This document shows, in pieces, positions 22,600 to 36,538 of a stretch of DNA of 64,000 nt (position 1 is the first letter of the stretch; every line of letters starts with the position of its first letter). The DNA is taken from the NCBI GenBank assembly GCA_010093705.1, contig MU006091.1, positions 248,001-312,000 of the forward strand, in the 5' to 3' direction. Source of the DNA: Patellaria atrata CBS 101060. Taxonomy: Eukaryota. The position numbers and the translations under genes are program-made. Below the pieces are notes generated by a model. That model saw only the letters and a list, made by a program, of their open reading frames with translations. It was not told where the DNA came from and made no database searches.

Positions 22600-24961
22600 G
22601 CATCAACAAAGGAGAAGTCAAGTAAAGCCCCTCAAAATGTTTCATGGACAAAATCCGAGAAGAAGGATATATAACACCCGGGGTGTTGTACTCCATATAT
22701 ATATTAGTGGTTACATTATACAGTTGATGAGTTGGCAAATATGAAGAGTGACGGAGCTATCAAGCACATTTACCATGAGTTGGAACATTGTACCAGCAGT
22801 CTTACGTATTGAGTCGAAACCTACAAAGCTTGGTCACGCTGTATGCTTCTATATTCAGGACAAGTGAGTCGAAGTCTCTTCAAAGAGTGGCCGCGCTGTA
22901 CGGCAGGTGGTCAATACGGAGTCAGAGTCTGCTTGGATTGACCCCGCCGAGTTGTACGGTGCAGAAAAGTGTACAATCAAGTCCACAAAATCATAGCTAA
23001 CCTCATGGTGACCCCGGAGTGCGATGACAACGGAGGAGTGCGTAGCTCTGTACTAAGTATTACTTCAGAATGTGACTACGGTGAGAGAAGACACTTCGGT
23101 GTCGCCTTGGTACGAGGAAATCCCACCATACTTCTCTTACTGCACGGTTCGGTTTTTACCAGAATTTTCAATAGAACCATATCAAGTAAAATAAATCCAC
23201 ACTATGTTTCTCGTAGATTTCTTCCTCGTCGTATTGAAGTTTTTCGTGAACTAGTAACTTGCTGGTCTCATCCTTCTTATATATCTCACACCCAATCGTT
23301 ATCTCGATGATCTATGACAAAGAAGACGCTGTAAGAATTCCATTGCTTTAAGATGAGTACTTCATGTAGAGTAGAAGGTGGAAGTAATAGAGCAATACGG
23401 CTCGAGAGATTACAGCCTCAACGTCGGATTCATAATTAACCAACGAGTACAGTAACTTCATCTGTTAAATATCAGGCGCATAACATTTGGAGTATAACTC
23501 TTTACACTGCCAGGTTCATTCTTCCACCGAAAGCGCTGTGGCATGAAAAACACGGCTAGGGAACCTTTTTCTTTTCTCGGAGAGTAGGGTGCATAAGCAA
23601 CCGTGAATGATTCTCGTCAATGATGGTATTTTAACAATGAAAATTACATGTTTCTTAGTATTGTGCTTAGTATGATGTCGAAGTGACAGGTTTCATAACG
23701 GGATTAGGGGATTACCGTCTCGTATGGATGTTAAGACGATGAGATGGTTAAATCTAGTTAAGGATGTGATTCTGAAACAACAACTTGCTTGACTGTTAGA
23801 CATACTCGTATGTAGGAGTTCAATGAGATTATGAAAAGATGAATCTTTAACAGTGAGTAGAAAGCTGATCGAGAGTCGGACGGGAGTGTGCTGATGTGAT
23901 CTCTTATCGCCTGAAATGCCCCGCCAAAGATTGGCTGAAAGAGGGTTGGGCTTAGGTGGCAGATGGTGTGTCGTGTCGTAGGCTCGTAGCTCGAATGTCC
24001 GAAACTCTCCAGCTAGAATAGTTCTACGGTAACAAGAGAGCTCCAAGGCACCATCCTGTTCTCTTCACACCGTCATATGATGCATTCTATCCGAAGCAGG
24101 CGAAGACTCTTTCTTCAATAAATCTACAGCTTTACTCATACAAGTATCATCGCAAACCGTGACAACTCTCCTCCGGCCTAACTTTGTATTGGCCGTTTCG
24201 TGCAGCTTTGGTGCATTCTGACGCTTCTGACTACTGCTCTATAAACGCTTCCGGCTCTACCTTAACGTCCACTCACCACCTCCCACCTTGCCATCCTCCA
24301 CTCCGACCCTCATTAAGTCTGCTGCTCAGTTCTCAGACTCGATATAACCATCACGACTCATCAGCAAGCCAGTTCCTTCAGATTAGCTTGCCTGCCGTAA
24401 GTCCGAGCTTAACTCGACATATCCCAAACTTCCATAACCGCCCAGGAACCTTCCAACCGCTTCACCAAATACCTTACGACCCTAGATTTCCCACTATAAT
24501 CTCGAAAACGATTCATTACAGCTTTCGAGAGCTAAGAAGTTCGCGAAGCCTTGCGGATGTGACTGCTTTGAGCCGGGAAAAGCTTCCGTAGCGAGTCCCG
24601 TCTTCAATAAGCAATCAGTTTCCGCATCTGCTTTCGAACCCATCTAGGAGCTGCCGACCTGGCAGACGAAATACCCCCAGACCATATCACCCCTTCCACC
24701 TCCGACCACCCAGCAATCCCGACTCCCGGCCCATCTACCTTCCCAATCATCTCAGCCCAAACCTCTGTACCAACATCTGTAGTAACATCTATATCCACTG
24801 CGCCTACAAACGAAGAACAAACCGTAACACAGTCGCGTAGGAAGCGCAGACGTCGTTCATCGGGATCTTCGACCCATCCACTCAATAGAGATATCACACA
24901 TTCCAGAGGCGGGTCCTCAGGCGGTAGATCCAAGCGTAGACGAGACGAGACCGATTCTACC

Positions 24962-27072
24962 ATGCGCCTTCAAACAGAAGCATCAAGAAATTCATCTTCT
25001 CCAGGCAGGTCACTCTCAGACATTTCTAACGGTCATTCTCCCGCGAAAAGACAAGGAAAAATAGCAAATGGGAGTACTAAGAGCGAGAGTATTGGGTCAT
25101 ATATGAATGGACACTCTCATCAAGTCCGTCCTATACAGACGAGCTTCTACGGCCATGATAGGGAGGAAGTGACAAGAATAATAATTCAGGGGTTGACTGA
25201 CCTAGGGTACAATGAGGCCTCTAAAATATTGTCCCGGGAGAGTGGTTTCGAGCTGGAAGGTCCGACAGTAGCGGCATTCAGGAGTGCGGTACTAAATGGG
25301 CAATGGGAAGAGGCGGAACATCTACTCTTCGGCTCGGAAAGTAGTCCTGAGAGCGATGGTGTATCGATCAGCAATGGTTCGAAAAAGAATTGGTCTCCCT
25401 CGAGACATGGCGGGGGCCTCACACTTGCAGAAGGAGCAAATCATAGTGAAATGCTTTTTTGGATGCGACAACAAAAATATCTCGAGTTACTCGAGGGCAG
25501 AGACCTTGCCGGTGCCCTAGCAGTGTTAAGACAGGAGCTAACACCACTGCATCAAGATGGCGCAAGACTACGAGCTCTTTCGAGGTACATTAATTTCCAC
25601 CCATACAATGTTATTTTTTGTGACCTAACGTGTCACAGTCTTATAATGTGCCAGACAGCCGAACAATTAAAATATGAAGCCAACTGGGACGGGGCCGCTG
25701 GCGAGTCGCGAAATCATTTACTTTCAGAGCTTTCTAGTAATTGCCTAAAGACTCACTTTTCTCTCTGTACAGCTTTTCTAACTCCTCATAGGGTCCATAT
25801 CACCAAGTGTCATGATCCCTGAACATCGACTTGCTGTCTTGCTTAGTCAGGCGAAGGACAACTGGATAAGGAACTGTTTGTATCACAACACCGGGTCATC
25901 ACCGTCGCTCTACGTCGACCATACATGTGACCGAGTTGATTTCCCGCTAAGGACCATCTTGGAACTAAGGCATCATACGGATGAAGTTTGGTTCCTCAAA
26001 TTCTCCAATGACGGTACTAAACTTGCTACAACCGGTAAAGATAGCACAATTATTGTCTACGAAACGACTCACTACAAGGTGCTTTTCACCCTCACCGGCC
26101 ATGAGGCTGGTGGTGTTTGTTATATTGCGTGGAGTCCGGATGATACAAAACTAATTAGCTGTGGCCAAATTCGAGATAACTCGGCCAGATTATGGGACGT
26201 GAGGGAAAGTATTAACTTTACTCTTTTTAGAAAACGTCTACTAACTTCTTACTAGCCCGGGAAAGGTACTCTGATTACGAATGTCGGGGAATTCACCTAC
26301 GCCGTGACCTCAGCGGCCTGGGCTCCAAACGGTCAAACATTCCTGATCGGCTCACAAGACGCTTCACGCGCTCTATGTGTGTGGAATCTTAATGGTGATG
26401 CAGTTTACCAATTTCAAGAGGAAGGACTTCGGGTCTACGATCTTGCTATCTCACCAGATGGTCAGAGATTGGTAGTACTCGAGGAAACACGTATATTGGT
26501 CTTTGATTTCGTTACAAAGGAGAAGCTCGTCGAGTGGCGGATCGATGATGTAAAATTAACCAGTGTCACTATAAGTGCAGACAGTCGACGGATGCTAGTC
26601 TCAATGAATGAGAGCAAAATCAGGTTAATGGATATTGATACCGGGCAGATCCTGCAAGGTTTCGATGGTAATAGACAGAGTAATTTCATCATCAGGAGTT
26701 CCTTCGGGGGCGCTGGAGAGGGTTTCGTTGTTAGTGGTAGCGAAGGTACGTCTCTATTGCTAAGTCTCTATAAATTATCATGCTCATGCGCGAATTCAGA
26801 TGCACGGATTTACATCTGGCGGACGAACGGCCACCTCGTCGAAGCACTAGAAGCACATAAGCCCGGCTGCGTAAACTCAGTAACCTGGCATCCCAACGAC
26901 CCAACCACGTTTGCCTCTGCAGGCGACGACCACAAAGTTCGAATGTGTGTATTCCTCCACATTTCCCCCTGAATTACATCAAGCTCTTCAATCTAACTCC
27001 AACCACAGCTGGTCCAAAGCCCCACCACCCGATCTCTCCTCCACATACCGCTACACCTCCATCAACCAGTGA
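24962..27072 (+). CDS. GID7: LisH/CTLH + WD40 protein, GID/CTLH E3 ligase subunit (Gid7/WDR26), 6 exons; possible upstream CUG start at 24659
   Basis: LisH REEVTRIIIQGLTDLGY, CTLH FRSAVLNGQW and QQKYLELLE, MIPEHRLAVLL, then WD40 repeats (HTDEVWFLKFS, FASAGDDHKVRIW). Five GT-AG introns were traced. Confidence 0.88.
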
Positions 27073-28208
27073 CTCACCCTTTACCACCCGCTTTCCCGCA
27101 ACTCTCATTACAGAAGACGCCCTTTCCATCATCTCATTGCATCCGTTCTCTATACCCGCTCCCTGCACGATTTTAAGTTAGAATGTCAACTCTTCGCTTG
27201 GTACTGCATCCTGGGCCTTCTGGAGCTCTTTCTTGGCGTCCGAGAGGCGTGGTTCAGCTAGACTTTTGTCTCCGACTGCTTGAGGAGGGGCACTCATACA
27301 GCTCTTTTATCCTACTATTTTTTTTTTTTCGTTGGCTCAAGTTGTACGAATGATGGGGTTTCTAGGGCGTAGAGGTGGCATGGAGAATTTGCATATGGGG
27401 ATTGAGAGGCCTGGATGAGGGTTGGTAGGGAGAGCAAGGGAGGCGGATCTTTGACATAACTTCTTTTTCTCCTTCTGTCTCGGCGAATGAGGGGAGGCTG
27501 AGACAGAGAACCTATCTTTTGTGTATAGATATGAATGATATAGGGATGTGGAGACGGCCCCATGCTTTTTGTACTCAATAGTCGATTTTCAAGGTGGATA
27601 CGGTAATGGTGTTGGAATATTTGATGACAATCAGTGCACTGGATTGTCTTCGTCGTTCTAGGTTGGTGTTCGCTTCCAATATCCCTTTGTGCATACCGGA
27701 CTAGACGGGACGACGTGCGCATGATCCCCGACAGTACCTCTAGACGCTTGATCATATTGGACACGCAATAGACGTCAATGGATCCTATTACATTCGTAAT
27801 CTTCATCGGTCGTATTCCTCGCATACTGTACGCTCCCACCCTGAGGGAGTCCTGACATATTGGTATAGAAGACTAGAGAACGTACTATGCAGCACGGCTG
27901 TACTAACTACCGAGGACCTAGTTTACAGACGATGGAAGTTAATAGATGATACGGGATGGAGATGTCCTGGTAGTTAGTTTATTTGATTTTAGCGAGCGTA
28001 CAGAGGACTGGGAAATGCGGACGTGGCACGGGGAGGCATAAGTCATTTGTTTTCTTCTTTCATTTGGCGATTTGTGGGTGCTGTACGTACAGTACAGCAC
28101 ACGTACGCTTAACAAGTCCAGCTCACCATCCTAATCAACCCCCCTTAACCACAATTATAATCCCCTTCCATCACTCCTTTCCCATTCCCTTTCCCTTCCC
28201 TTCTTCCA

Positions 28209-30463
28209 TCATCTCCCAATCCCCTCTCCAACACCCAGGAAACTCCACAGAGCCCCTTTATCCACAAAATCGTGGCCGATGACATTGACAAGCCAAATAT
28301 CCTCTCTGCACTGTCTGAGCAGTTTCGCCGTCGCGCTACGAGGAGGGTATATGCGGGCCCACTCGGTCCACATGCCAAAGGCCTCCTCGAGCCAGGCGCG
28401 GAAGGAGACGGATTCGATTATTGTCGGAGTGATGATTCTAGAGGGGGTGTTAGCTTCTTTGAGTAAACGTACAAAAATAAGAGGATAGAGTTGGGGAAAA
28501 GGGGACGCGAATACGGAAGCGGAAAGGAAAGGAGCCATATCGAATGTGGGAGGGACAGAGTTGGTGTTAGTTAGAGAGGATGGGGGACTCACTCTTTTCC
28601 TGCAAAGCTCCCCCACGTGACCGGATTCACCGATTCTTCATCAGAAGCCGCAAAAGCGCCACTGTTATTACCGGCGAAGTAAGTTAGAGTGGCGTCGTCA
28701 TCGAGGCGGGGCTGGAGGGCGGCCCAGTCGGAAGCGGGGATGAAAAATTCGACAAAGGGCTACGGTAGTTTAGTTTTCAAATCATTAAAAAGGGGGGACC
28801 AGGATGTTGAACCTTTTGAAAGACAAATCCATTCTTTGGACCCCATCCAAAAAGCGGGTCGTCGCTCTTGATACCATTAACAGCTGGCTGACTAGCAACA
28901 GTCCACCAACCCTTTTTATTCAAATTCAACAACTCATCTTTAATGAAATTCGTTTCTGCTCTCAACCCCTCATCACTCCAGGGTATAGCGTCCAATTCAC
29001 CAGTTACATGACGGCAAAATATGTCGGATATATCCTCTTGTGTAGTTGGATAGCCCCACAATTTGATGGCATGGGGTATCGAGACGTGGAGCGAGACACC
29101 GTAGCCGTCAATTTCTCCGTAAGCTGGAGATCTCGCGTCACCCCAGCGGCCGTTAGGGAAGTCGTCCCAGGTTGCGTCGCGGCCTAGGGAACCTTCCCCT
29201 TCCGATATGGCGAGGGTTGTGGCGCGGGAGTTGATTTTTTCTCGAGGCACACCGACTTCGCTTTCAGGGGCTTCGAAATCGTTGTTGCTTGAGTCTGAGT
29301 TCTTCTCGACGATGACCCGGTTGCGAGGTGCGGAGTTGAGAGATGATAGTCGACGACGCTCCTTGCCGTTGGGTGGAATTAAGGATGCTACTTTACCATC
29401 CACCACCTCAATAGCTTCTTCATCTTCCCTCTCATTAGGTGGAGTAGGTGGCGGTATCAATTCACTTCTTTCCACAATGTGCGCAACGGCCTTTTCGAGG
29501 TTTAAAGTATAGAAATGGAACCCTCTCCGTGAGGTGGATTTGGTCTTTCGAATTTCATTGACCATTTCACTCAGAATATCTACACCTACCGCCTTAACAG
29601 CTTCGTCGTCCCCCATGACCGCATCCAGGCGAGAAAGTATATCCGGAGGAATCTTTGCGTGGCTCAATTTGGTTGTCCGTCGAAGTATCTGATAGCTCTG
29701 TATGGGCATCAGGCCAGGGATTATGGGAATATCTTTGAACACCCCCGATTCATGGGCGCGTAACAACTCTTCAAATCTTTCAAAAGCCTGGATATCGTAG
29801 AATAACTGAGTCATTATGAAGTCTGCTCCGGCTTTCGTCTTCTCGATTAAGTATGGGAGGTCATATTTTGGATCCTGATTCTGGGGATGTGATTGATCCG
29901 AATGCCCTTCCGGGTAGGCCGCAACACCCACACAGAAATAATCACCATAAACCTTTCTGATATATTTAATCAGATCAATCGCCCACGTGAAGTCCTCATT
30001 CGAGTCCAATTTCATCTCTTCACTTTCGTCCTGATATTCCTCTGTTCTTGGTGGGTCTCCTCGCAAGGCCAGAATATTCCGGATCCCTAATGCTTTTGCC
30101 TGCTCCAATGCCTCATCGACCAGCTTCCTGCTCATATTGGTGCACGTGAGGTGTAGGCATGTTGTAAGTCCCAATTGTCTTTGGCATATCTCGGCCAGCT
30201 CCAGTGATTTAGTCGCGGTACTACCTCCGGCGCCCCAGGTTACGGTTACAAACAGAGGTTTTAGTGCCCTTGCCATACGTTCGAGCCGTGCTTGGAGGTT
30301 TGAGAAGCCCTATACACTAAGTTAGTGGCTTATGTATGTATTGAGAAAGATCTGATAATGAAACGATCATCCACACCATCTGAGTCTTCGGAGGGAAGAA
30401 CTCCAAAGAGAAGTAGTTAGCATTTTCAGGTAAAGCTGCTATCTTATCCGTAATCTTTTCCAT
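28209..30463 (-). CDS. MET12: Methylenetetrahydrofolate reductase (Met12-like paralogue), 3 exons
   Basis: MEKITDKI..FSLEFFPPKT, VTWGAGGST, CLHLTCTN, NILALRGDPP, ADFIMTQLFYD, HFYTLNLE, and the regulatory-domain motif WDDFPNGRWGDARSPAYG. MET12 versus MET13 is my judgement. Confidence 0.9.
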
Positions 30464-31283
30464 AACGATGTTTAGGTGTAAGTTCGAATCTCAAGTTCAA
30501 TTGCTGAAATTGTTGTCCCATGATGTGAAGGAGTCAAACTCGATGGTGGGGTAGCCAATTGCGACAGAGGGCAAGATTGGGAAGAACTCAGGAACCGGTC
30601 GGCTTCCGAAAATAGTTCAGATTCGGCAATTGAGACTCGGACATCGTTAGGGACTATTAGGATGATCTAGATAAGTGGCATTTCATGAAACTTTCTTTGT
30701 CGTTGCGGGGTTATGACGAGTATCAATTCGAATGTCTTGATTGGCTCAGGGGTTCTCCATGGTATGGATTTGAAGTATCAATAATGCACGCGACAGAACT
30801 AAAGAATCACTGTTTTACTCTCATCTTCCGATATTTAGATAGCGTAGTCCAAAAGAGAAGACCGGCTCGGTTTATGGGGAAACTAATGTCAGGAGGAATC
30901 CTGTAGTGGAGAGTAGGGCATAATATCATTCTATCGGCCTCCAGGTGCTAAAAGTAAAGCCATAGGACCTCCGTTAATGTGGAGTGCTTATGATTATCCT
31001 ACTCTCATATGACTTCTTCTTCTCATATAGCCTCAATTCTCTAACACTTTAGGCAGTGATTTTCAGCCACGTGCTCATCTCAAATGCAGTGATGCTCCAA
31101 AACGCAGACAGATGCTGCTCCTTGGACTTCCGCTCAAAAATACAAAGATTCCCTCCTGCCTATGTTATGTAGATAGTAAGCTAGCATAACCCCAATATAT
31201 GCCATCTACACCTGCAATGCAAGCCGGAATCAACATCGGTTTGATCATATCGATCCCCAAAGTCTGTTATGGGGGGAAAGTCA

Positions 31284-32863
31284 TTACTGTACATCAGGTA
31301 ACCTTACTGCAATATCTCCTGATTGTGTAATATATCTGACCCAAGGTAATGAAGGGTACTGCAGCTATACGATAGTTAGGCAATTGTAAAATGTATGAGT
31401 ATTTGGAGTTCGTGCAAGCATACCTTTGGCTCAATGATCTTCAAATACCGTACTTGTATTCCACTCGTGGTGAAGTATGGAATTTCGAATTTGACGTTAA
31501 TGGGCCTTTTGGCTTTCCCACCTCCAACACCACCCATACTACCGCCGAAACCCCCCATCATGCCACCACCTTTTTCATCATCTCCTCGCACGGACGGTAA
31601 GCCAAGCTCCGCTCGCATGAGGAACTCCTTGCCACCACCGAATTGTTTAATCTTCCATACTATGGAGGAAGTCTCCGGAGCGTAATGGACGGTACCAATG
31701 TTAGTTCGGAAACGAGGGGTATCGGCATCTTCTGGAACAGGAATGGAGATCTGGACGTTATTTGCTGTGCTTCTACGTTTGAACTGAGCTTTTGCCTGTT
31801 CAATGATATTAATAACGATTTCCATTTAGCAGAAAGTTCTCATACCTTAAGCATATATTCTATCCTACTGCCAGAGTGACTCTCGACAATGCATTCTACC
31901 CATATGAGCGGTTTTACTTGAGTATTCAATCGGTAACTCATCAATTCGAATTCTCCGTCAGGGGGTATAAAACTGATTGTCCGGTCGTTCTCAAATCTCG
32001 ATAATCGCACGCATTGGTGAAACTTAACATCTTCCATTTCCACGGCCTTACCTCTTGTAGCACGTCCGGTAGTCTCAAACATGACCTTGTCGTTGAGGCC
32101 TAACCGTAGCTCGGGCATACCAGAAAGGTAGCATTTCATTTTGACTGCGCCCAGAATTTCTGAACGGAGGACGTTCCCTGATGCCGACACAAGGAGGTTG
32201 AGGGACTCCACTACGTCGAGGAACACTTCGTTTTTCCTGTACCGTATACCTTCGCTACGCCAACTTACAGCATTTGTAACTGCTATAGGAGGACGGGCCT
32301 GGACTTCAAGTTTGTGCGATTCTTGAGTGATATACTCCTGCAATATCTTGCTCTCTGTCGTCTGTGGGTATCCAAAGTCCATCATCTCATCCAACAGTTC
32401 GTATATAATGACAAAGTTGTCTCTTATACTCTCCTCTTCCAACTCCTTGAAATACTCTGTGAAAACTTCCACGACTTTGTGGAGGAAAAGTAGGATTTCG
32501 GCGGCATTGGTATTACGTTTCGTTAAAGCCAGGAGATAAAGGTTGTTGTGTCGAATATACAAATACTATTTCAGCTAAATAAGCACACATATAGGACTCA
32601 GTTATGACAGTTGGGTCATCCTGTCGCTTCAAGGCGCTCACATTGATGCCTTCACTGGAAAAGCATGGTGGGACAGCAGAGCTCTCTTCTTCTGCTTCGC
32701 TCAGGAGGACGGGGAATTTCTCGACAGCTGACATAGGGATATCACCCCTATAGTTCCGTGCTAGAAGGGTCTATTAGCCCCAAGAGTTAGTCTTGTTCAA
32801 TTTCAGGATTATACTAAGCAATACCTTTCCCTTCAGGTCAAGGAAAAAAACGGCGGAAGCCAT
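31284..32863 (-). CDS. APM1: AP-1 adaptor complex mu subunit (5 exons)
   Basis: MASAVFFLDLKGK|TLLARNYRGDI, EESIRDNFVIIYELLDEMMDFGYPQ, VSWRSEGIRYRKNEVFLD, FHQCVRL, FTTSGIQVRYLKI and LPWVRYITQ; ends VRLPDVQ*. Confidence 0.95.
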
Positions 32864-33792
32864 TGTTGCGGCGCTGTGCAGGTACAATTTCGCGAAGAAG
32901 TATTAGAAGATTACCGGAGGCTCATATTTGATTTATTTTGAAGATAGATGTGGTTGGACGCTTGAAGGTCAAAATCATAATGACTTTCCCCGTCCCACAT
33001 GAGGTTCTTGACTACAATCAGCGCTGACTAAGAACCGCGCCCGCTTCTCTGCCACGTGACCAGATCCGGGAGGCTATAAATTTTCTTACCCGCATCCTCA
33101 ACCATTTTTCTCTCCAAACAACGCTTCCTACAAGACAGTGCAGTACAACAGCCACTGCCCGTTAACGTTTTGTTGGCGAGCGCCGGTATTTCTATTGTTG
33201 TTTTTGCGATTATGAGATGCGCAGACAAAATCACAATCACTTTTAGAGCTGACCATGCGTTTTCAGTTGCTTGGCCAGTGTCAATGGGATTGTACATACC
33301 ATATCATGAAATAGTATATGATTTCCCGCACAATATCACCTTTGTTTCCTTGCTGAATAAGTACCGAAGCAATGTATAGCTATTTTGGCATACGTTAATG
33401 ATAGTATATATATGCATAGTTCGAAGCTGTACAATCATCGCCTCTTCCTGGGTTAGCAAACCTTGATCACTCTACGGTGCAAAAAATAGAATTGCTTAGT
33501 TTCAAATATAGTTCCTATTCCCCTAACATCCTACGGACCTATACAGCGCAATTCAAAGTCATCCCGTTGTAAAGAAAGTATCTCACGATGCTCTAGGGAC
33601 GCACCATGGTACTCTTACTTGCTGTTCCTAAATTAGGACTTGATCAGACAGTCATCTTTATACACTTTGGGACGATTTTCATATTCGCTTCTCCCGTTTC
33701 ATAATACTTCATTGTCATTTCAAAACATACATAATAGTACTTTTAACAATAAGTTGATACATCAGCCAAGTGGACAATCATAACCAACTCCT

Positions 33793-35553
33793 TCAATGTG
33801 TCTCTCCAACAGTCCGATGTCTGTTATGTAATCTAGCTAACCCTGTCTTGCTCGTAAAGACTCTGATCTTCTTTCCCCATAGCATGAACGGTATCAAAGC
33901 TAGATTGTTCGCAAGCAGAACCCCACAAAAAATACCAGCAATGACCTTGGCATAACCTATTTCGAGAATCCAGTCCAGAAGATAGAGGCCCATACCGAAG
34001 GAGATGGCCTGTTTCCCCAGGTTCATTGCGATCAGCATCTCAGACATGTTCGCTGTATACGAGTCCACGGCATATGCCAGCGTGAAGGTGAAATAGAAAT
34101 AGGCACCCCAGTTACACATCGCTACACCAGCAAAGTAACCAAACCAGTGGAGATTCCGTTCAGCGGTCAACCCATAAACGATGAGACCAGCGGGAGCGAT
34201 CAGCATTGCGGGAAGAAGTACGATTAGGCGCATTTCTGCCTCTCGAATCATGTTATTTTTCTTAGTGTAGTGAGCTGCGACTCGATCCGAGCTAGACGTG
34301 AAAGGAACAGCCAAAAGATACCCAGCGGCATTGGCGACAGCGATGAGACCGGAGTTTGTTTGGCTCCAGTTATAGGGGGGAGCGACAATCTTAATTGGAA
34401 AGGTAAAATTGAATGCCAAAGCACCAAGGCCGATATAGATACCGTAAGTAACAATGACCCAAAACACGGATGGAACGAAAAAGTAGGTGAAAGATCGCAG
34501 CATCGTGCCAAAGAACGATGCCTCTTTTACAATGGGGCTCCACGGTTTCAATGTCGAAACGAAGCTCTTGCGGACTGGTACCTCGATCTCATGGTAAACG
34601 GCGGTATTTCCTTCTTTCTCGATGCTGGACGCGTCTCCCCTTACAGGCGAGTCTGATACCCCGAGCCGGGCTTTCATTGCCTGGCGGTCATAGGAGGTTT
34701 CTTCCACGAAAAAGAAGGCAAGGATGGTTAACGCACAAGCAAAAGCGAAGACAACATAGAAGTATAGACGCCAAGAATAGCCACCAGCAAGCATGTAACC
34801 GGCATAAAGGGGTCCCGTAGCTCCAAGACACAGGCATACTGAACGCAACTGTTAGCCTTTGCTATTTCTAAGGCCTCATTTTTCTCCAATGTCTGAGAAT
34901 AAGGAAATCCGTGCTGGTGCCTACCAGTGTAATAGCCAAGGCGCTTGCCACGTTCGTGAATGAAAAAGATATCATTTACTAATTGTACAGGAAGCGCTTC
35001 GCACACGCCAGAGCCAAAGCAGTGGAATACACGAGCAACCATGAGGGTCTCATAAGTCGTGCAACGTGAAGCGCCGATGAGACCAGCGCAGAACTAAGAT
35101 TTTGGTCAAATTCATATGCCAATTTACAAAAGCTGTGTGACCTACAATAATCATTGACATGAGCATGACTGGACGGCGGCCGATCTTCAAATACAGAGGA
35201 ACCAACAGGAGTGCTCCAAAGCCGAATGCAAGGTTAGGGTAGGATATTAAGTTTGACGCAGTTGTCGGGGTTATGTGAAATTCTTCTGCATAGATGAGGA
35301 TATATGGTGACGGTCCCACCAATGCTGCGTTTCCTAGGAAAGAATATACAGCGCAAATGATGAGAATCATGGTTTTCTTGTAATTCGGCCATTGCAGGGG
35401 ATCGTTGGGGTCGCGACACGGTACTGGAAAGAGTGCTTGTCCATAACCTGTGTCGTCTCCTTCCACTGCCTTCAGATTGACGGTACCGGGAATGTCTTCT
35501 TCGTGAGCATGACTCTGGACGAGATGGGCCATTGTTGCGGGAGCTTTCGACAT
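33793..35553 (-). CDS. MFS transporter (3 exons)
   Basis: PCRDPNDPLQW, KIGRRPV, DIFFIHERGKRLG, FFVEETSY and EAEMRL motifs, with about 12 hydrophobic segments and two GT-AG introns. Confidence 0.9.
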
Positions 35554-36012
35554 GATGGCTACAGACCCGTGGCTGAACGGCAAGGAGGCGGACGCCAACC
35601 TTAAAGGAAGAGAAGTCGAAAGCTAAGCTTGCTGACGAATTTATGGAGACAGGGAAGCAGAGCTCGAGAACATGTGAGGGATGACCGGCTAATAAGTATG
35701 CGCCAACGCCCAATATATTGTTTCCTGATATATGTTATAGGGACGGGGCACAATGAGATCGCTTTTCAACGGGCGCTAACGGTTCCAATGCAACCTTCAA
35801 AACAAAAGATATCATACGCAAGAATGGATCATAGAAATGCTTTTCCCGGTTTACAGGTCCAGACAATATCGGCAGGTCTGGGGTTGAAGACAGGAACATG
35901 TACAGAGCTGCACTCGACCCAGGGATAGGAGGTAATACTTGTAGTTCTGGCTGGGCACACTGGGGTTGGCGCTAGGGGGAAAGGTCTGAGTTGGGTTCGC
36001 TTACAGTTTGCG

Positions 36013-36100
36013 CTTGTCTGCTTGTCTGCTTGTCTGCTTGTCTGCTTGTCTGCTTGTCTGCTTGTCTGCTTGTCTGCTTGTCTGCTTGTCTGCTTGTCTG
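36013..36100. repeat. Octanucleotide tandem repeat (CTTGTCTG)x11
   Basis: 11 perfect copies counted, plus a degenerate tail, in the MFS/monooxygenase intergenic region. Confidence 0.95.
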
Positions 36101-36538
36101 CTTCGTCTGCTTGTCACTTTTGCTTGCCGGGTTGTCATGGAGAATTTGTGGCGGAAAGCGGATCTACCCCAGCCGTTTCCCCCGCATGGGAAATGGAGAT
36201 CAAGGGATCAATAATACAAGGGGGAAGTTGATATTGGACCCCTCTCGCCTATCACGACGGTCCAAAACTACTCAAATCGCTCAAACCAGACCAAAGTCCT
36301 AGCTTGCTTCATATCTGCCGAATTCCACTAATGTGGATGAGCCGGTGCAAGACATCATCGTAGCGGTACATCGCCCGCAGCCTAAAGATTATGGTGCTGC
36401 ACTCGCGGCCTTGGGCTTCTTCATGTGAAGTATACCATCGTCGCCGCACATAAGCGGGGAAAGATATCAAGAAGATGGTATAGCTCTTCGACTTTTGCTA
36501 TCTTTGTCTTGTGTTCTTTACACAAGATTCTTGGGATA

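Noticed and set aside
27315..27839. 174-aa minus-strand ORF between GID7 and MTHFR
   Set aside because: Non-ATG start in the track, no motifs, and it ends in a poly-A-derived Lys run. Likely 3' UTR or intergenic sequence.
35991..36302. ORFs with ACLLVCLS repeats resembling a Cys-rich membrane peptide
   Set aside because: They are translation artefacts of the (CTTGTCTG)11 repeat, open in all three frames.
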